Below the pieces are notes generated by a model. That model was given only the letters and a program-made list of their open reading frames with translations, was not told the origin of the DNA and searched no databases. From NCBI GenBank assembly GCA_048265145.1, contig JBLXCF010000008.1:67570-131569 (forward strand): a DNA stretch of 64,000 nucleotides. The letters are read 5' to 3'. How positions within the stretch are numbered: the first letter of the stretch is position 1; every line of letters begins with the position of its first letter. Source of the stretch: Aequorivita sp. (GTDB taxonomy: Bacteria; Bacteroidota; Bacteroidia; Flavobacteriales; Flavobacteriaceae). Shown here piece after piece: positions 28,712 through 39,175 of this stretch. Made by a program: the position numbers and the translations under genes.

Positions 28712-30634
28712 ATGAGTAAAATAATCGGAATCGACTTAGGTACAACCAACTCCTGCGTTGCCGTAATGGAAGGTAGCGAGCCCGTGGTTATCCCTAACGC
28801 CGAAGGAAAAAGAACAACTCCTTCCGTAATAGCCTTTGTGGAAGGTGGCGAAATTAAAGTAGGGGATCCTGCAAAACGGCAAGCAGTTACAAACCCAACA
28901 AAAACCATCAGCTCCATAAAACGTTTTATGGGGAACAAATATTCTGAGTCAAAGACCGAAATGGAACACGCCGCCTACAAGGTGGTAAAAGGCGATAATG
29001 ATACCGCCCGTGTGGATATTGACGGACGTTTGTACACGCCCCAGGAATTGAGCGCGATGATCCTTCAAAAAATGAAGAAAACCGCCGAGGATTATTTGGG
29101 ACAGGACGTTACCCGGGCGGTAATTACCGTACCTGCCTATTTTAACGACAGTCAGCGGCATGCAACCAAGGAAGCGGGTGAAATTGCCGGTCTTAAAGTA
29201 GAGCGTATTATTAATGAGCCTACTGCCGCTGCACTTGCATACGGCCTTGACAAGAAAGGAACCGACCAGAAAGTGGTAGTGTTCGACTTTGGTGGTGGAA
29301 CGCACGACGTGAGTATCCTTGAATTGGGCGACGGCGTTTTTGAAGTACTTGCTACCGATGGTGATACCCACTTGGGTGGTGATGATGTTGACCAAAAAAT
29401 TATCAATTGGTTGGCTGATGAATTCAAAAAAGAAGAAGATTTTGATTTGAAAAAGGATCCAATGGCGCTTCAACGTTTGAAGGAGGCTGCTGAGAAGGCA
29501 AAAATTGAGTTGTCCTCTTCTACCCAAACCGAGATCAATCTGCCATACATTACGGCTACGGCCAGCGGCCCAAAACACTTGGTAAAAACGTTGACCCGCG
29601 CCAAGTTTGAGCAATTGATCGACGATTTGGTAAAAAGAACCATGAAGCCTTGCGAAACAGCCCTGAAAGCAGCCGGACTAAGCAAAAGCGATATAGATGA
29701 AGTAATACTTGTGGGTGGTTCTACCCGTATTCCTGCTGTGCAGGAAGCTGTGGAGAAATTCTTCGGAAAGAAACCGCACAAAGGGGTAAACCCAGATGAA
29801 GTCGTTGCCGTTGGTGCCGCCATCCAAGGTGGTGTATTGACTGGAGATGTGAAAGATGTATTGCTTCTGGATGTTACTCCACTTTCCCTTGGTATTGAAA
29901 CTATGGGTGGTGTAATGACCAAATTGATCGAGGCCAATACTACCATCCCAACCAAGAAAAGTCAGGTATTCTCTACAGCGGCCGATAATCAGCCGAGTGT
30001 TGAAATCCACGTATTGCAAGGAGAGCGTCCCATGGCGAACGACAACAAAACAATCGGTCGTTTCCACTTGGATGGTATTCCACCAGCTCAGCGCGGTGTA
30101 CCACAGATTGAGGTAACGTTTGATATTGATGCCAACGGTATCATTAAAGTAAGCGCTACCGACAAGGCGACCAACAAAACGCAGGACATCCGTATTGAAG
30201 CTTCTTCTGGTTTGACGGAAGAGGAAATCAAGAAGATGAAAGCGGATGCCGAGGCAAATGCCGAAAGCGATAAGGCTGCAAAGGAGAAAGTTGAAAAACT
30301 GAACGAAGCCGATGCGATGATTTTCCAGACTGAAAAGCAGTTGAAAGAGTTTGGCGATAAATTATCTGACGATAAGAAAAAGCCAATCGAGGAAGCTTTG
30401 GAAGAGTTGAAAAAAGCGTATGAAACCAAAGAGGTGAGCAACATTCAACCTGCTTTGGACAAGATAAACGAAGCTTGGAAAGTTGCTTCTGAAGAAATGT
30501 ACAAAGCCCAGGCCGATGCCCAACAAGGCGCCCCAACCGGTGATGCCGGCGATGCGGGAGCACAGCAGGGCAGTACCGGCGGCGGTTCTGAAAACAGTGA
30601 TGTTGAGGACGTAGATTTTGAAGAGGTGAAGTAA
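28712..30634 (+). CDS. dnaK: Chaperone DnaK
   Basis: [22 protein letters not shown] and GGGTHDVS motifs. Confidence 0.99.
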   Translation: MSKIIGIDLGTTNSCVAVMEGSEPVVIPNAEGKRTTPSVIAFVEGGEIKVGDPAKRQAVTNPTKTISSIKRFMGNKYSESKTEMEHAAYKVVKGDNDTARVDIDGRLYTPQELSAMILQKMKKTAEDYLGQDVTRAVITVPAYFNDSQRHATKEAGEIAGLKVERIINEPTAAALAYGLDKKGTDQKVVVFDFGGGTHDVSILELGDGVFEVLATDGDTHLGGDDVDQKIINWLADEFKKEEDFDLKKDPMALQRLKEAAEKAKIELSSSTQTEINLPYITATASGPKHLVKTLTRAKFEQLIDDLVKRTMKPCETALKAAGLSKSDIDEVILVGGSTRIPAVQEAVEKFFGKKPHKGVNPDEVVAVGAAIQGGVLTGDVKDVLLLDVTPLSLGIETMGGVMTKLIEANTTIPTKKSQVFSTAADNQPSVEIHVLQGERPMANDNKTIGRFHLDGIPPAQRGVPQIEVTFDIDANGIIKVSATDKATNKTQDIRIEASSGLTEEEIKKMKADAEANAESDKAAKEKVEKLNEADAMIFQTEKQLKEFGDKLSDDKKKPIEEALEELKKAYETKEVSNIQPALDKINEAWKVASEEMYKAQADAQQGAPTGDAGDAGAQQGSTGGGSENSDVEDVDFEEVK

Positions 30635-30644
30635 GCAGGACGTT

Positions 30645-30698
30645 GGTTTTGCGCAGCAAAACCTTACGTATCGCTTATCCCGAGCGCAGTCGAGGGAT
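30645..30698. repeat. GCA-triloop hairpin plus a single REP-like unit CGAGCGCAGTCGAG
   Basis: GGTTTTGC-GCA-GCAAAACC (30645-30663) and ATCC-CGAGCGCAGTCGAG-GGAT (30677-30698). Confidence 0.65.
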
Positions 30699-30731
30699 CT
30701 TTACAAGTATAATGATTAATAGTTAAAAGCG

Positions 30732-30766
30732 AAAACCGCAACCTGAAAGGGTTGCGGTTTTTTTTA
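30732..30766 (+). terminator. dnaK terminator, probably bidirectional
   Basis: AAAACCGCAACC-TGAAAG-GGTTGCGGTTTT followed by a long T-run. Confidence 0.9.
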
Positions 30767-32386
30767 TTTTTTTTTGATTATCCTTTTCTTGTTTATAGTT
30801 CTTGTTTCAAATTTTTTACCAGTGTTGAAAGCTTTTTGTAAACCGTAATGAATTGAATAGCGTACTCCCTCTTTAACTTTAGGATTAATATTTGAATAAG
30901 TTCTTTCTCTAAAAGACCAATGTATGTGAGGTTCTGAATCTTCCATATCTTGTATATAACATATTATATTTAAATCAAATAGAAATTGAAGGAATTTGTC
31001 ACTTGATTCAAAAAAAACAGGAACTTCAATTTCATTTTTTTCAATATGATTAGCAAATAAATTATAAGTATACATAAATTCAGCATAGCTGAAATGTGCT
31101 TTACCATTAAGAAATTCAAAAAATTTCAAGAAAATTTCATAATCAGAATCAGAATGATAAAACGCTAAATAATCCTTGATTTCACCAAGTAAATAATCCG
31201 AGTATTTAGTTCTAAATGATGGAGTTTCGAAATCCTTTGAATCTACTACTGGCAATTTTCTGTTTGATTCTTCTGAAATATTTTCTTGTAATATTTTCAT
31301 CATTGTAATGATATCTCTAGGGCGAAACATTGAAAATCTCAAAAAGGAAATGAATGAATCATCTTTTGATTTATTTCGAGCTGTATTTTTAAATGGAAAA
31401 TAAAAATCCCAACTGTCTCCTAGCTTGTTATATGAATCTTGTTGGGATTTTAAAATTGTATCTGCCATTTTGAACAATGCAGAATCTCTATATCTTGGAT
31501 AGGTAGTTCTCCAATCTAAAAGAATTCCATTATCTCTTATTTTATTATTCATATTCTGTAAGCCCAATTGAGAAAATATATCTGGTCTGACTAACATCAT
31601 TACTTTTAATCTCCCTCGGGAATCTTTAATCTGAGAAAAAAAATCCACATTTATTGTCCAAATAGCATTTGCTAATCCTTTAACACATTCTAGGTAATCT
31701 TCAAACTCAATCTTTCGAGGTCTTATATCTATTCCGTCAATAAATAATATATGATTTTTTTCCAATTTTAATGAACTAAAAGCCTTTTCAAACTTATTTT
31801 GAATGTAAAGTAAATTTATCTGAAATTTACTTTCTGAAAATGATTCACTATAATTTTCTTCACCTGCTATTTTGAAATTTTTATGTAATAATTCTGCAAC
31901 TTCTTTTGTTTGTTCAATTATATTTAAAGCATATATAATTTCAGGAGAAAACGCAGATTTATAAAAGGTGTTAATTGCATCCTGTAAAGGTTTAAATTTT
32001 GAAAATCTAGAGAAAATTGTTGTTGATTTTTCACCTTTTTGAATTTGTTGCGAAAGTAATAAGTAGAGTAATACTTTCCATATATTAGTATATTCAGTTA
32101 ATGTTAAATGCTTATCTTTTTTTAACTTAATAAATTTCACATATTCCGTTTCCCTAATATAACTTAAAGACGAATTAGTATTTCCAAACTCATTATTGGC
32201 TAGATATAATGAATATGCGGTTTTTCCAGTACCCTTGTCGCCAACAATAAAATAATTTGTGGATTTTAATATAGAATATAATTCATCATTTCTTATAAAA
32301 TACTTATTGAAAACTTCTTTGTTTTCCTTTTTCTTGTAATTTTCAGCATCACTGAATCCTAAATTTAATTTTGTAAAATCTTTCAT
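30764..32386 (-). CDS. funZ: FunZ-like / Sll1717-family P-loop ATPase, AT-rich
   Basis: LGFSDAENYK N-terminus, Walker A GDKGTGKT, Walker B ILFIDGID, RPDIF, RPRD and YLLGEIKD motifs. Confidence 0.75.
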   Translation of the reverse strand: MKDFTKLNLGFSDAENYKKKENKEVFNKYFIRNDELYSILKSTNYFIVGDKGTGKTAYSLYLANNEFGNTNSSLSYIRETEYVKFIKLKKDKHLTLTEYTNIWKVLLYLLLSQQIQKGEKSTTIFSRFSKFKPLQDAINTFYKSAFSPEIIYALNIIEQTKEVAELLHKNFKIAGEENYSESFSESKFQINLLYIQNKFEKAFSSLKLEKNHILFIDGIDIRPRKIEFEDYLECVKGLANAIWTINVDFFSQIKDSRGRLKVMMLVRPDIFSQLGLQNMNNKIRDNGILLDWRTTYPRYRDSALFKMADTILKSQQDSYNKLGDSWDFYFPFKNTARNKSKDDSFISFLRFSMFRPRDIITMMKILQENISEESNRKLPVVDSKDFETPSFRTKYSDYLLGEIKDYLAFYHSDSDYEIFLKFFEFLNGKAHFSYAEFMYTYNLFANHIEKNEIEVPVFFESSDKFLQFLFDLNIICYIQDMEDSEPHIHWSFRERTYSNINPKVKEGVRYSIHYGLQKAFNTGKKFETRTINKKRIIKKK

Positions 32387-32524
32387 TAATTAAAATATAT
32401 TTTGAATGAATTATATCCCTAAAAAATAAGTTTATTCCTTAGATAAAACATAAATATAGCCAAAAAATGTTTTGAAATTGTAAAATGTTTAAAAGCAAAA
32501 TCCAACACTAATTGCGAAAAATGA

Positions 32525-34801
32525 TTATTTTAAATCCAAACTCATAGAATACGGCGCATCCTCTTTTGCAGTACCGCGTGTTGTATTCGGTTCGGCATTC
32601 ATTTTAAAATTCAAACTCCCCCCATCCATCACGGTTTTATACGTTAAAAAGTTTTTGGAATAACTTTTTCCGTTTAGCGTGGCTTCTTCAATATAGCGCG
32701 TTTCGGCAGTATTGTTTGGCGCAGCAATAGTAAAGATTTTGCCGTTTTCCAATTTCAAGGTAACCTTTTTAAATAGTGGCGAACCCAAAACATATTCATC
32801 GGTTCCGGGCGTTACGGGATACATGCCCATTGCCGAAAAAACATACCACGCACTGGTTTGCCCGTTATCCTCATCGCCACAAAGTCCGTCGGGGTTTGGT
32901 GTGTATAGCTTGTCCATAATTTCGCGCACGTGCCATTGCGTTTTCCAGGGCTGCGCGCCGTAGCAATACAAATAGGGCATATGCTGTATGGGCTGGTTGC
33001 CGTGGGCATATTGGCCCATATTGGCGATGAGCATTTCGGCAATTTCGTGAATCTGCACGCCGTAATAGGAATAATCAAACGTGGGCGCTGCGGTAAAAAC
33101 CGAATCGAGTTTGGTAGTAAACGCTTCGTTGCCGCCCATTAAATTTTTAAGCCCTTCCACATCGTGGAATACGCACCACGTCCAGTGCCACGCATTACCT
33201 TCGGTAAAGGCATCGCCCCACTTATCGGCTCGAAAAGGCGATTGAAAACTGCCGTCTTTGTTTTTGCCACGCATAAAATTGGTGGATTTGTCAAAAACAT
33301 TCCGATAGTTTTGGGCGCGTTTTTTAAAAGTTTCAATTTCAGCTTGCGGGCGGTTCAATGCCTTTGCGAGTTTCCAAATGGTAAAATCGTCATAGGCATA
33401 TTCCAGCGTTCGTGCCGTATTTTCGGGGATTTCCACATCATACGGAATGTAGCCTAATGTATTGTAATAATCCACGCCCAGCCTGCCCACGGAGGAAAGC
33501 GGTCCGGCATTTTCAGCATTTTTTAGAATCGCTTCGTAAAGGGTATTTATGCTTTCAATTTCATTGTTTTTCAAATACGCATCGCTAATGATGGAAGCCG
33601 AATTGCTGCCAACCATACAATCGCGATGCCCCGGGCTGGCCCATTCCGGTAGCCAACCGCTTTCTTTGTAGGTATTTGCGAGGCCTTCCATTATCTGGGA
33701 ATTCATTTCGGGATACATTAAATTGAAGAAAGGAAATACGGCGCGAAAAGTATCCCAAAAACCGTTGTCGGTAAACATATAGCCTTTTTCAACCTTTCCG
33801 TTGTAGGGGCTGTAATGCACAATATTGTTTTTGGCATCAAATTCATAAAATTTTCTGGGGAAAAGCATCGTGCGGTACAGCGCGGTGTAAAATGTGGTTT
33901 TTTGCGCCACGGTGCCGCTTTCTACCGTGATTCGGTTTAAGTGTTTGTTCCAAAGGGTTTGTCCTTCGTTTTTTATTTCGTCAAAAGTTTTGTTGCCGAT
34001 TTCCCGTTGCAGGTTCAATTCGGCCTGTTCGTAACTTATAAATGAAGAAGCCACTTTTAGATTGACCTGCTCGCCATTTTTTGTTTTAAATTGAAGAATG
34101 GCGCCGCTGTGCCCGCTTTCCATTTCCAGTTTTCCTTTGGTGATGGTATCGTTTTCTACTCCATAAATGCCTTCAAAATCCTTATCGGCGTAAATCACGA
34201 AATAGTTTTTGAAATTCTCAGGCACGCCGCCGCGGTTGTTTCGGGCATAGCCGATTATTTTGCGTTCCTTCGGAAACACTTTCACATAACTGTTTTTGAA
34301 AAAGGCATCCACAATCAAATACGCCTTTTCGGTTTCGGGATAGGTGATACGGAAACGTGCCGCGCGTTCGGTGGGCGTTATTTCCACGGAAGTATTGTAA
34401 TCGGCGAGATACACTTTGTAATAATGCGGAAGTACGGTTTCGGCTTTGTGCGAAAACCACGACTCGCGCTTTTCCTCATTAAAAACCAACGAATCGGTTG
34501 TTGGGAATATTGAAAAAGCTCCATAATCGTTGATCCACGGCGAAGGCTGATGCGTTTGTTTAAAACCACGGATTTTATTCGCCGCATATTGATACTGCCA
34601 GCCGTTGCCCATTTTGTTGGTTTGTGGCGTCCAGAAATTCATTCCCCAAGGAAGTGCAATGGCGGGATAGGTATTGCCGTTGGAAAGCTCGTATTTAGAA
34701 TCTGTGCCGACGAGCGGATTTACGAATTGTGTTAATTCGGCATTTTGTGCGAAAGAGGAAAAGGATAAAAAAAGAAGGCAATAGCGAAGGACATTTTTCA
34801 T
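32525..34801 (-). CDS. GH92 alpha-1,2-mannosidase
   Basis: SNGNTYPA..LPWGMN.WTPQT, HQPSPWINDYG, WDTFR, TEGNAW and GDEDNGQTSAWY motifs; signal peptide. Confidence 0.95.
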   Translation of the reverse strand: MKNVLRYCLLFLSFSSFAQNAELTQFVNPLVGTDSKYELSNGNTYPAIALPWGMNFWTPQTNKMGNGWQYQYAANKIRGFKQTHQPSPWINDYGAFSIFPTTDSLVFNEEKRESWFSHKAETVLPHYYKVYLADYNTSVEITPTERAARFRITYPETEKAYLIVDAFFKNSYVKVFPKERKIIGYARNNRGGVPENFKNYFVIYADKDFEGIYGVENDTITKGKLEMESGHSGAILQFKTKNGEQVNLKVASSFISYEQAELNLQREIGNKTFDEIKNEGQTLWNKHLNRITVESGTVAQKTTFYTALYRTMLFPRKFYEFDAKNNIVHYSPYNGKVEKGYMFTDNGFWDTFRAVFPFFNLMYPEMNSQIMEGLANTYKESGWLPEWASPGHRDCMVGSNSASIISDAYLKNNEIESINTLYEAILKNAENAGPLSSVGRLGVDYYNTLGYIPYDVEIPENTARTLEYAYDDFTIWKLAKALNRPQAEIETFKKRAQNYRNVFDKSTNFMRGKNKDGSFQSPFRADKWGDAFTEGNAWHWTWCVFHDVEGLKNLMGGNEAFTTKLDSVFTAAPTFDYSYYGVQIHEIAEMLIANMGQYAHGNQPIQHMPYLYCYGAQPWKTQWHVREIMDKLYTPNPDGLCGDEDNGQTSAWYVFSAMGMYPVTPGTDEYVLGSPLFKKVTLKLENGKIFTIAAPNNTAETRYIEEATLNGKSYSKNFLTYKTVMDGGSLNFKMNAEPNTTRGTAKEDAPYSMSLDLK

Positions 34802-34853
34802 ACAATAGATTATAAATAATATCCTTTAAAACTACTGAAATAAATTTGAAAAT

Positions 34854-35852
34854 CTATTCTTTTAAAAACTGGATAAACGGCGTTATAAATTCCTGGAAAG
34901 CTTCAATATGCGGCAGATGCCCCACATTTGGAATTTCAACCAACTGAGAATTTGGGATTTTCGACTTGGTTTGTTTCCCCAATTCATTGTAAAGCCCCAT
35001 GGTTTTTCGGGTTTCTGCATCCACTAAATTTTTTCCTAAGGCTGTTCGGTCTCGTGTTCCAATAATAAGCAGGGTTGGTACGGTTATGTTTTCAAATTCG
35101 TAAACGACAGGCTGGGTAAAAATCATATCATAAGTTAGGGCGGCGTTCCAAGCAATTAAAGGGTAGTTTTCGTTTAAAGTCCACCCGGCAAGTAGCTGCA
35201 CCCAGGGTTCGTATTCCGGTTTCCAGTTGCCATCGTAATAGCTTTCCTTTTGGTAAGCTTTTAGTTTTTCATAATTTTTATCGAGTTCGCCTTTGTACCA
35301 ATCGTCCACGCTTTGGTAAGGAACCTTTATTTTCCAATCCTCTAAACCGATTGGGTTTTCAAGGATTAGTTTCTCAGTAATTTCAGGATACATTAAAGCG
35401 AAACGAGTTGCAACCATTCCGCCCATGGAATGGCCGAGTACTGCAATTTTTTTTATCCCTAAAGAATCGAGCAGCATCTTAGTATTTTCCGACAACTGTT
35501 GAAAAGTATATTGAAAATGTTCGGGCTTGCTGGATTTTCCGAAACCTATTTGATCGGGAACAATTACACGGAATCCTTCTTTTGTTAATTGGTTTATGGT
35601 TATTTGCCAATACGCTCCGTTGAAATTTTTTCCGTGAAGCAGCATAACATTTTTTCCATTATAATTTTCGGGTTGTATATCCATAAAAGCCATTTTAAGT
35701 TGCTGTTGCTGGTTTTCTATATTCAGAAAATTGACGTGAAAGGGATAAGTGTAGTTTTCAAGATTGATATCAAGTTTAGTCACTTTTTCATTTTGGGAAT
35801 AAAAAGTAATAAAGAAGAACAGCAGTGTTATTGTAGGAATTATCTTTTTCAT
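34854..35852 (-). CDS. Secreted alpha/beta hydrolase
   Basis: LLHGKNF, PDQIGFGKS, GHSMGG and VGHLPH motifs. Confidence 0.9.
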   Translation of the reverse strand: MKKIIPTITLLFFFITFYSQNEKVTKLDINLENYTYPFHVNFLNIENQQQQLKMAFMDIQPENYNGKNVMLLHGKNFNGAYWQITINQLTKEGFRVIVPDQIGFGKSSKPEHFQYTFQQLSENTKMLLDSLGIKKIAVLGHSMGGMVATRFALMYPEITEKLILENPIGLEDWKIKVPYQSVDDWYKGELDKNYEKLKAYQKESYYDGNWKPEYEPWVQLLAGWTLNENYPLIAWNAALTYDMIFTQPVVYEFENITVPTLLIIGTRDRTALGKNLVDAETRKTMGLYNELGKQTKSKIPNSQLVEIPNVGHLPHIEAFQEFITPFIQFLKE

Positions 35853-35922
35853 AATCTATTTAAGGATTTCGGTTTTCTATAAAATTAACTGTTATGAACT
35901 GGATCCATATTAAGATTTTAAT

Positions 35923-35953
35923 AAAAAAAAGAACGGCCCAAAAGGGCCGCTCC
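35923..35953 (-). terminator. Intrinsic terminator (minus strand)
   Basis: Minus strand GCGGCCC-TTTT-GGGCCGT followed by a T-run. Confidence 0.8.
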
Positions 35954-36102
35954 GTTTAAAAGCTTGTTTATTAACCAAATATTAAGCTTTATGGCCTTTA
36001 TCGTGGGTGGGGGCCACTAAAACAAAGACCGTGGGCAAGCTACTAATTTTTTTTAAAGATGCAATGCTTTTTACCGATAAAAGTTGACTTTAGTCGCATT
36101 TT

Positions 36103-36130
36103 AAAAAATAAACGGCCCACGAGGGGCCGT
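36103..36130 (-). terminator. Intrinsic terminator of the LRR gene
   Basis: Minus strand ACGGCCC-CTCGT-GGGCCGT followed by TTATTTTTT. Confidence 0.8.
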
Positions 36131-36154
36131 CGGAAAATGAGGAGTATTAATTGC

Positions 36155-36862
36155 TTATTCTTTAGATTCGTCGCGTTCAATTGCAATTATTGTGTGGGCT
36201 GGTGGCGCGGGTTGCTTTGTTAAATCCAGAGTGGGCGATCCGTTGGAAAGCACAACAATTGAAAAATCCTCCGGATTGGTAAAATGGTTTTCGGCAACCA
36301 TTAACTGTCTTAGATTTCGACATTTGGCCAAACTTTTGGGGAGTGCTCCGTTCAAATTGTTATCAAACACATTAAATACTTCGATAGCCGCAAGATTTCC
36401 CAAGTTTTCGGGAATGGTACCGCTTAATCTATTACTGCTTAAATGCAATTCTTTTAACTGTGAGAGCTTGCCGATAGAAGAGGGTATGCTGCCTTCCAAA
36501 TCGGTACCATTGCAAGCCAGAAATTCAAGGTTGGCTAAATTCCCAATGGATTCGGGAAGATTGCCGGTAATGGGGTTAAAGGAAAGCTCCAATTTTCGCA
36601 GACTTTGTAATTGGCCCAAACTGGAGGGCAATGTCCCTTTAACATTGTTGAACAGCATCGAAATTTCCGTTACCTCATTATTAGTAATGGTCACTCCGTA
36701 CCACTCGCTGACGGGGGCCTCCAGGTTCCACGTGTTTTTCCAATTGGTTCCATCGGTAGCGTTATAAAAATCGAGAAGGGCTTGTTTTTCTTGAGGGCTT
36801 ATTTGTGCTAGGCTTATACCAGCAACCAACAAACACAGGCAGGTTAGTGTAGTCTTCTTCAT
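36155..36862 (-). CDS. Secreted leucine-rich repeat protein (plant-specific-like LRR)
   Basis: Signal peptide, AL..FY..T.G..W cap, and LxxLxLxxNxLxGxIP repeats. Confidence 0.9.
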   Translation of the reverse strand: MKKTTLTCLCLLVAGISLAQISPQEKQALLDFYNATDGTNWKNTWNLEAPVSEWYGVTITNNEVTEISMLFNNVKGTLPSSLGQLQSLRKLELSFNPITGNLPESIGNLANLEFLACNGTDLEGSIPSSIGKLSQLKELHLSSNRLSGTIPENLGNLAAIEVFNVFDNNLNGALPKSLAKCRNLRQLMVAENHFTNPEDFSIVVLSNGSPTLDLTKQPAPPAHTIIAIERDESKE

Positions 36863-36957
36863 AGTTTGGGGCTATTCAGTTGTTAATGTGAAGTAAAAGA
36901 AAAACAAAAGAATTAAAAACCCAAAATTATTCGATGAAATACACGACGAGACCAACC

Positions 36958-37605
36958 TTATTGGGCAATTTCCTTTAAAAAATTCCGGTTTACCTCGTGC
37001 GCACCCTCAAACACCTTGATCGACAATCGCTCATTAAATAAATTTTCCGCCCTAAGCCTTTCTTCCGTTTCGCGTGCCTCGGTAACATATCGGTCGTTGT
37101 TTCCGTATAAATAAATTACCGAGGTCTCTTTATTTAAAAATTCAAAATCAGCGGGTTGCAGTTCGTTTGGAATTCCTCCGGAATGTAGAATCATTTTATC
37201 ACACTGAATTTTTCGGCTAGCTACCCACCGAGCCGCAATGGAAACCCCTTGCGAATAACCCATAACGAACAACTGTTTTTTTGGGAATCCGGCAGGAAAT
37301 TCTGCGTTGAAAACGGCATCAATATAGTGCAGCACATTCTGAATTTCCATAGCTGTGTTTTCACGCGTCAACCAAGAGGCTCCCACGTGTTTAAAGGTAT
37401 TGTCCTGATAATATTTTGACGGCGCTTGGGGCGCTATAATAAAGTTTTCGCTTTTGTCCAATTCTGAAAAATAATTGATGAAATAGTGGCTTAGATAGCC
37501 CATCCCGTGGAATACCATCCAAATATTCCTGGTGTTTTCCGTTAATCGATTTTGGGTGTGATACGTGTTTGTGGCCTTATAGGCAACCTGTTTTTGAACG
37601 CTCAT
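36958..37605 (-). CDS. Alpha/beta hydrolase (esterase)
   Basis: FHGMGY, GYSQG nucleophile elbow, G..D and GAHE motifs. Confidence 0.85.
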   Translation of the reverse strand: MSVQKQVAYKATNTYHTQNRLTENTRNIWMVFHGMGYLSHYFINYFSELDKSENFIIAPQAPSKYYQDNTFKHVGASWLTRENTAMEIQNVLHYIDAVFNAEFPAGFPKKQLFVMGYSQGVSIAARWVASRKIQCDKMILHSGGIPNELQPADFEFLNKETSVIYLYGNNDRYVTEARETEERLRAENLFNERLSIKVFEGAHEVNRNFLKEIAQ

Positions 37606-37650
37606 TTTGTAAACTTCAATTTTGTATTTTTACAAAAGTAAACCAATAGC

Positions 37651-38076
37651 ATGAACTACACCAATGCCCAAATTCTCGCAATTTCAAAAAAAATGTGTGA
37701 GAATACCCTAATGGAAACCCTTCAAATTGAATTCACCGAGGTTGGAGCCGATTATATAATTGCCAAAATGCCAGTTACACCAAAAGTTCACCAACCCGAC
37801 GGCGTTTTGCACGGAGGTGCCTCCGTGGCCCTGGCCGAAAGTGTAGGCAGTGCGGGTGCTTACTTTTTTTTAAATTCTGATAAAATAGTAATTCGCGGAA
37901 TTGAAATTTCGGCAAACCATATTAAAAGTGTGCGCAACGGGTACGTTTATGCCCGGGCCACCATAATCCACAAAGGGCGTACTACGCAATTATGGCAAAT
38001 AAATATAACGAACGAATCTGGCGAATTGGTGTCATTAGTGAAACTTACAACCCTTACCTTACCTAAAAATGTGTAA
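37651..38076 (+). CDS. menI: PaaI/hotdog thioesterase, DHNA-CoA thioesterase-like
   Basis: QPDGVLHGGASVALAES motif; adjacent to menF and menD. Confidence 0.75.
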   Translation: MNYTNAQILAISKKMCENTLMETLQIEFTEVGADYIIAKMPVTPKVHQPDGVLHGGASVALAESVGSAGAYFFLNSDKIVIRGIEISANHIKSVRNGYVYARATIIHKGRTTQLWQINITNESGELVSLVKLTTLTLPKNV

Positions 38077-39143
38077 TGGAATACCAGCATTTACTTGAGA
38101 AGATTTTAGATCATCATACTAAAAATCTGCCTTTCGTTATCTTCGCACTGCCCAATAGTGATAGGCTCCAAGCCCTTTTTCAAAAGGATGCCCATCAACA
38201 TTCATCCGAAAGATTTACTGAAAACGGATTCGTGCTTTCGCCCTTCGATTCTCAAGATCAGTCCTATTTTATTGGCGAGCAATTTTCGGAATGTGCAACA
38301 TGTGCATTCCCAAAACCCGACGAAACCATTTCCCAGGTCAAGGCAGCAGTGAAAACGGGCCAAAAGGAGCACTACATACGGTTGCTCGGAAAGGCGATTG
38401 ACGCAATCAAAAAAAGAAACGCAACCAAAATTGTCCTTTCCAGAAAAAGTGACTTTGAGCTAAAAAATTTTTCAATAGAAATCTTGGCGGATAGACTGTT
38501 TGCGTCCTACAAAACCGCGTTTCGGTACATTTGGTATCACCCAGAAACGGGTTTATGGTGTGGAGCGACACCAGAATTGTTGGTGCAAATTGAAAACAAC
38601 TCGTTCAAGACCATGGCCCTGGCCGGTACCCAACCGGTTAGCAATAGGTTGCCGATCCATTGGGGCCCCAAGGAAATGGATGAACAACAACTGGTTACCG
38701 ACTCCATTATAGACAGTTTGCAACGGGTTACTTCAGTTTTGAAAATTTCCAATCCACATACGCACCAGGCCGGATCCCTGCTACATTTGCGTACGGATAT
38801 CACGGGCATTCTCAAAACGGGAAAGGCAACCTTGCACACCATAGCCGCCGCCTTGCACCCAACTCCTGCCGTTTGTGGAAGTCCAAAAAAATTTGCAAAG
38901 GAATTTATTCTTGAAAATGAAGGCTACGACCGTGAGTTTTATACGGGATTTTTAGGGCCCATCCATGACGGCGGCAAATCTGCCTCAATAATGGTCAACC
39001 TTCGGTGTATGAAAATTGTGGACGGACGTGCCCGAATTTATATTGGTGGGGGCGTCACTATTGGATCGCAGCCCCAGGAAGAATGGGAGGAAACGCAAAA
39101 TAAAATGCAAACCATGCTCCATCTATTGCAACCAATGTTATAA
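38076..39143 (+). CDS. menF: Isochorismate synthase
   Basis: KIVLSR, GATPELL, ALAGT, EQQLV, LHPTPAVCG and NLRCM motifs. Confidence 0.9.
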   Translation: MEYQHLLEKILDHHTKNLPFVIFALPNSDRLQALFQKDAHQHSSERFTENGFVLSPFDSQDQSYFIGEQFSECATCAFPKPDETISQVKAAVKTGQKEHYIRLLGKAIDAIKKRNATKIVLSRKSDFELKNFSIEILADRLFASYKTAFRYIWYHPETGLWCGATPELLVQIENNSFKTMALAGTQPVSNRLPIHWGPKEMDEQQLVTDSIIDSLQRVTSVLKISNPHTHQAGSLLHLRTDITGILKTGKATLHTIAAALHPTPAVCGSPKKFAKEFILENEGYDREFYTGFLGPIHDGGKSASIMVNLRCMKIVDGRARIYIGGGVTIGSQPQEEWEETQNKMQTMLHLLQPML

Positions 39144-39161
39144 TAGTTTCGGCACACTTCG

Positions 39162-39169
39162 TACCTTTG
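39162..39169 (+). promoter_or_regulatory. -7 promoter element TACCTTTG before menD
   Basis: Exact TAnnTTTG 7 nt before the ATG at 39176. Confidence 0.7.
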
Positions 39170-39175
39170 TATTTT

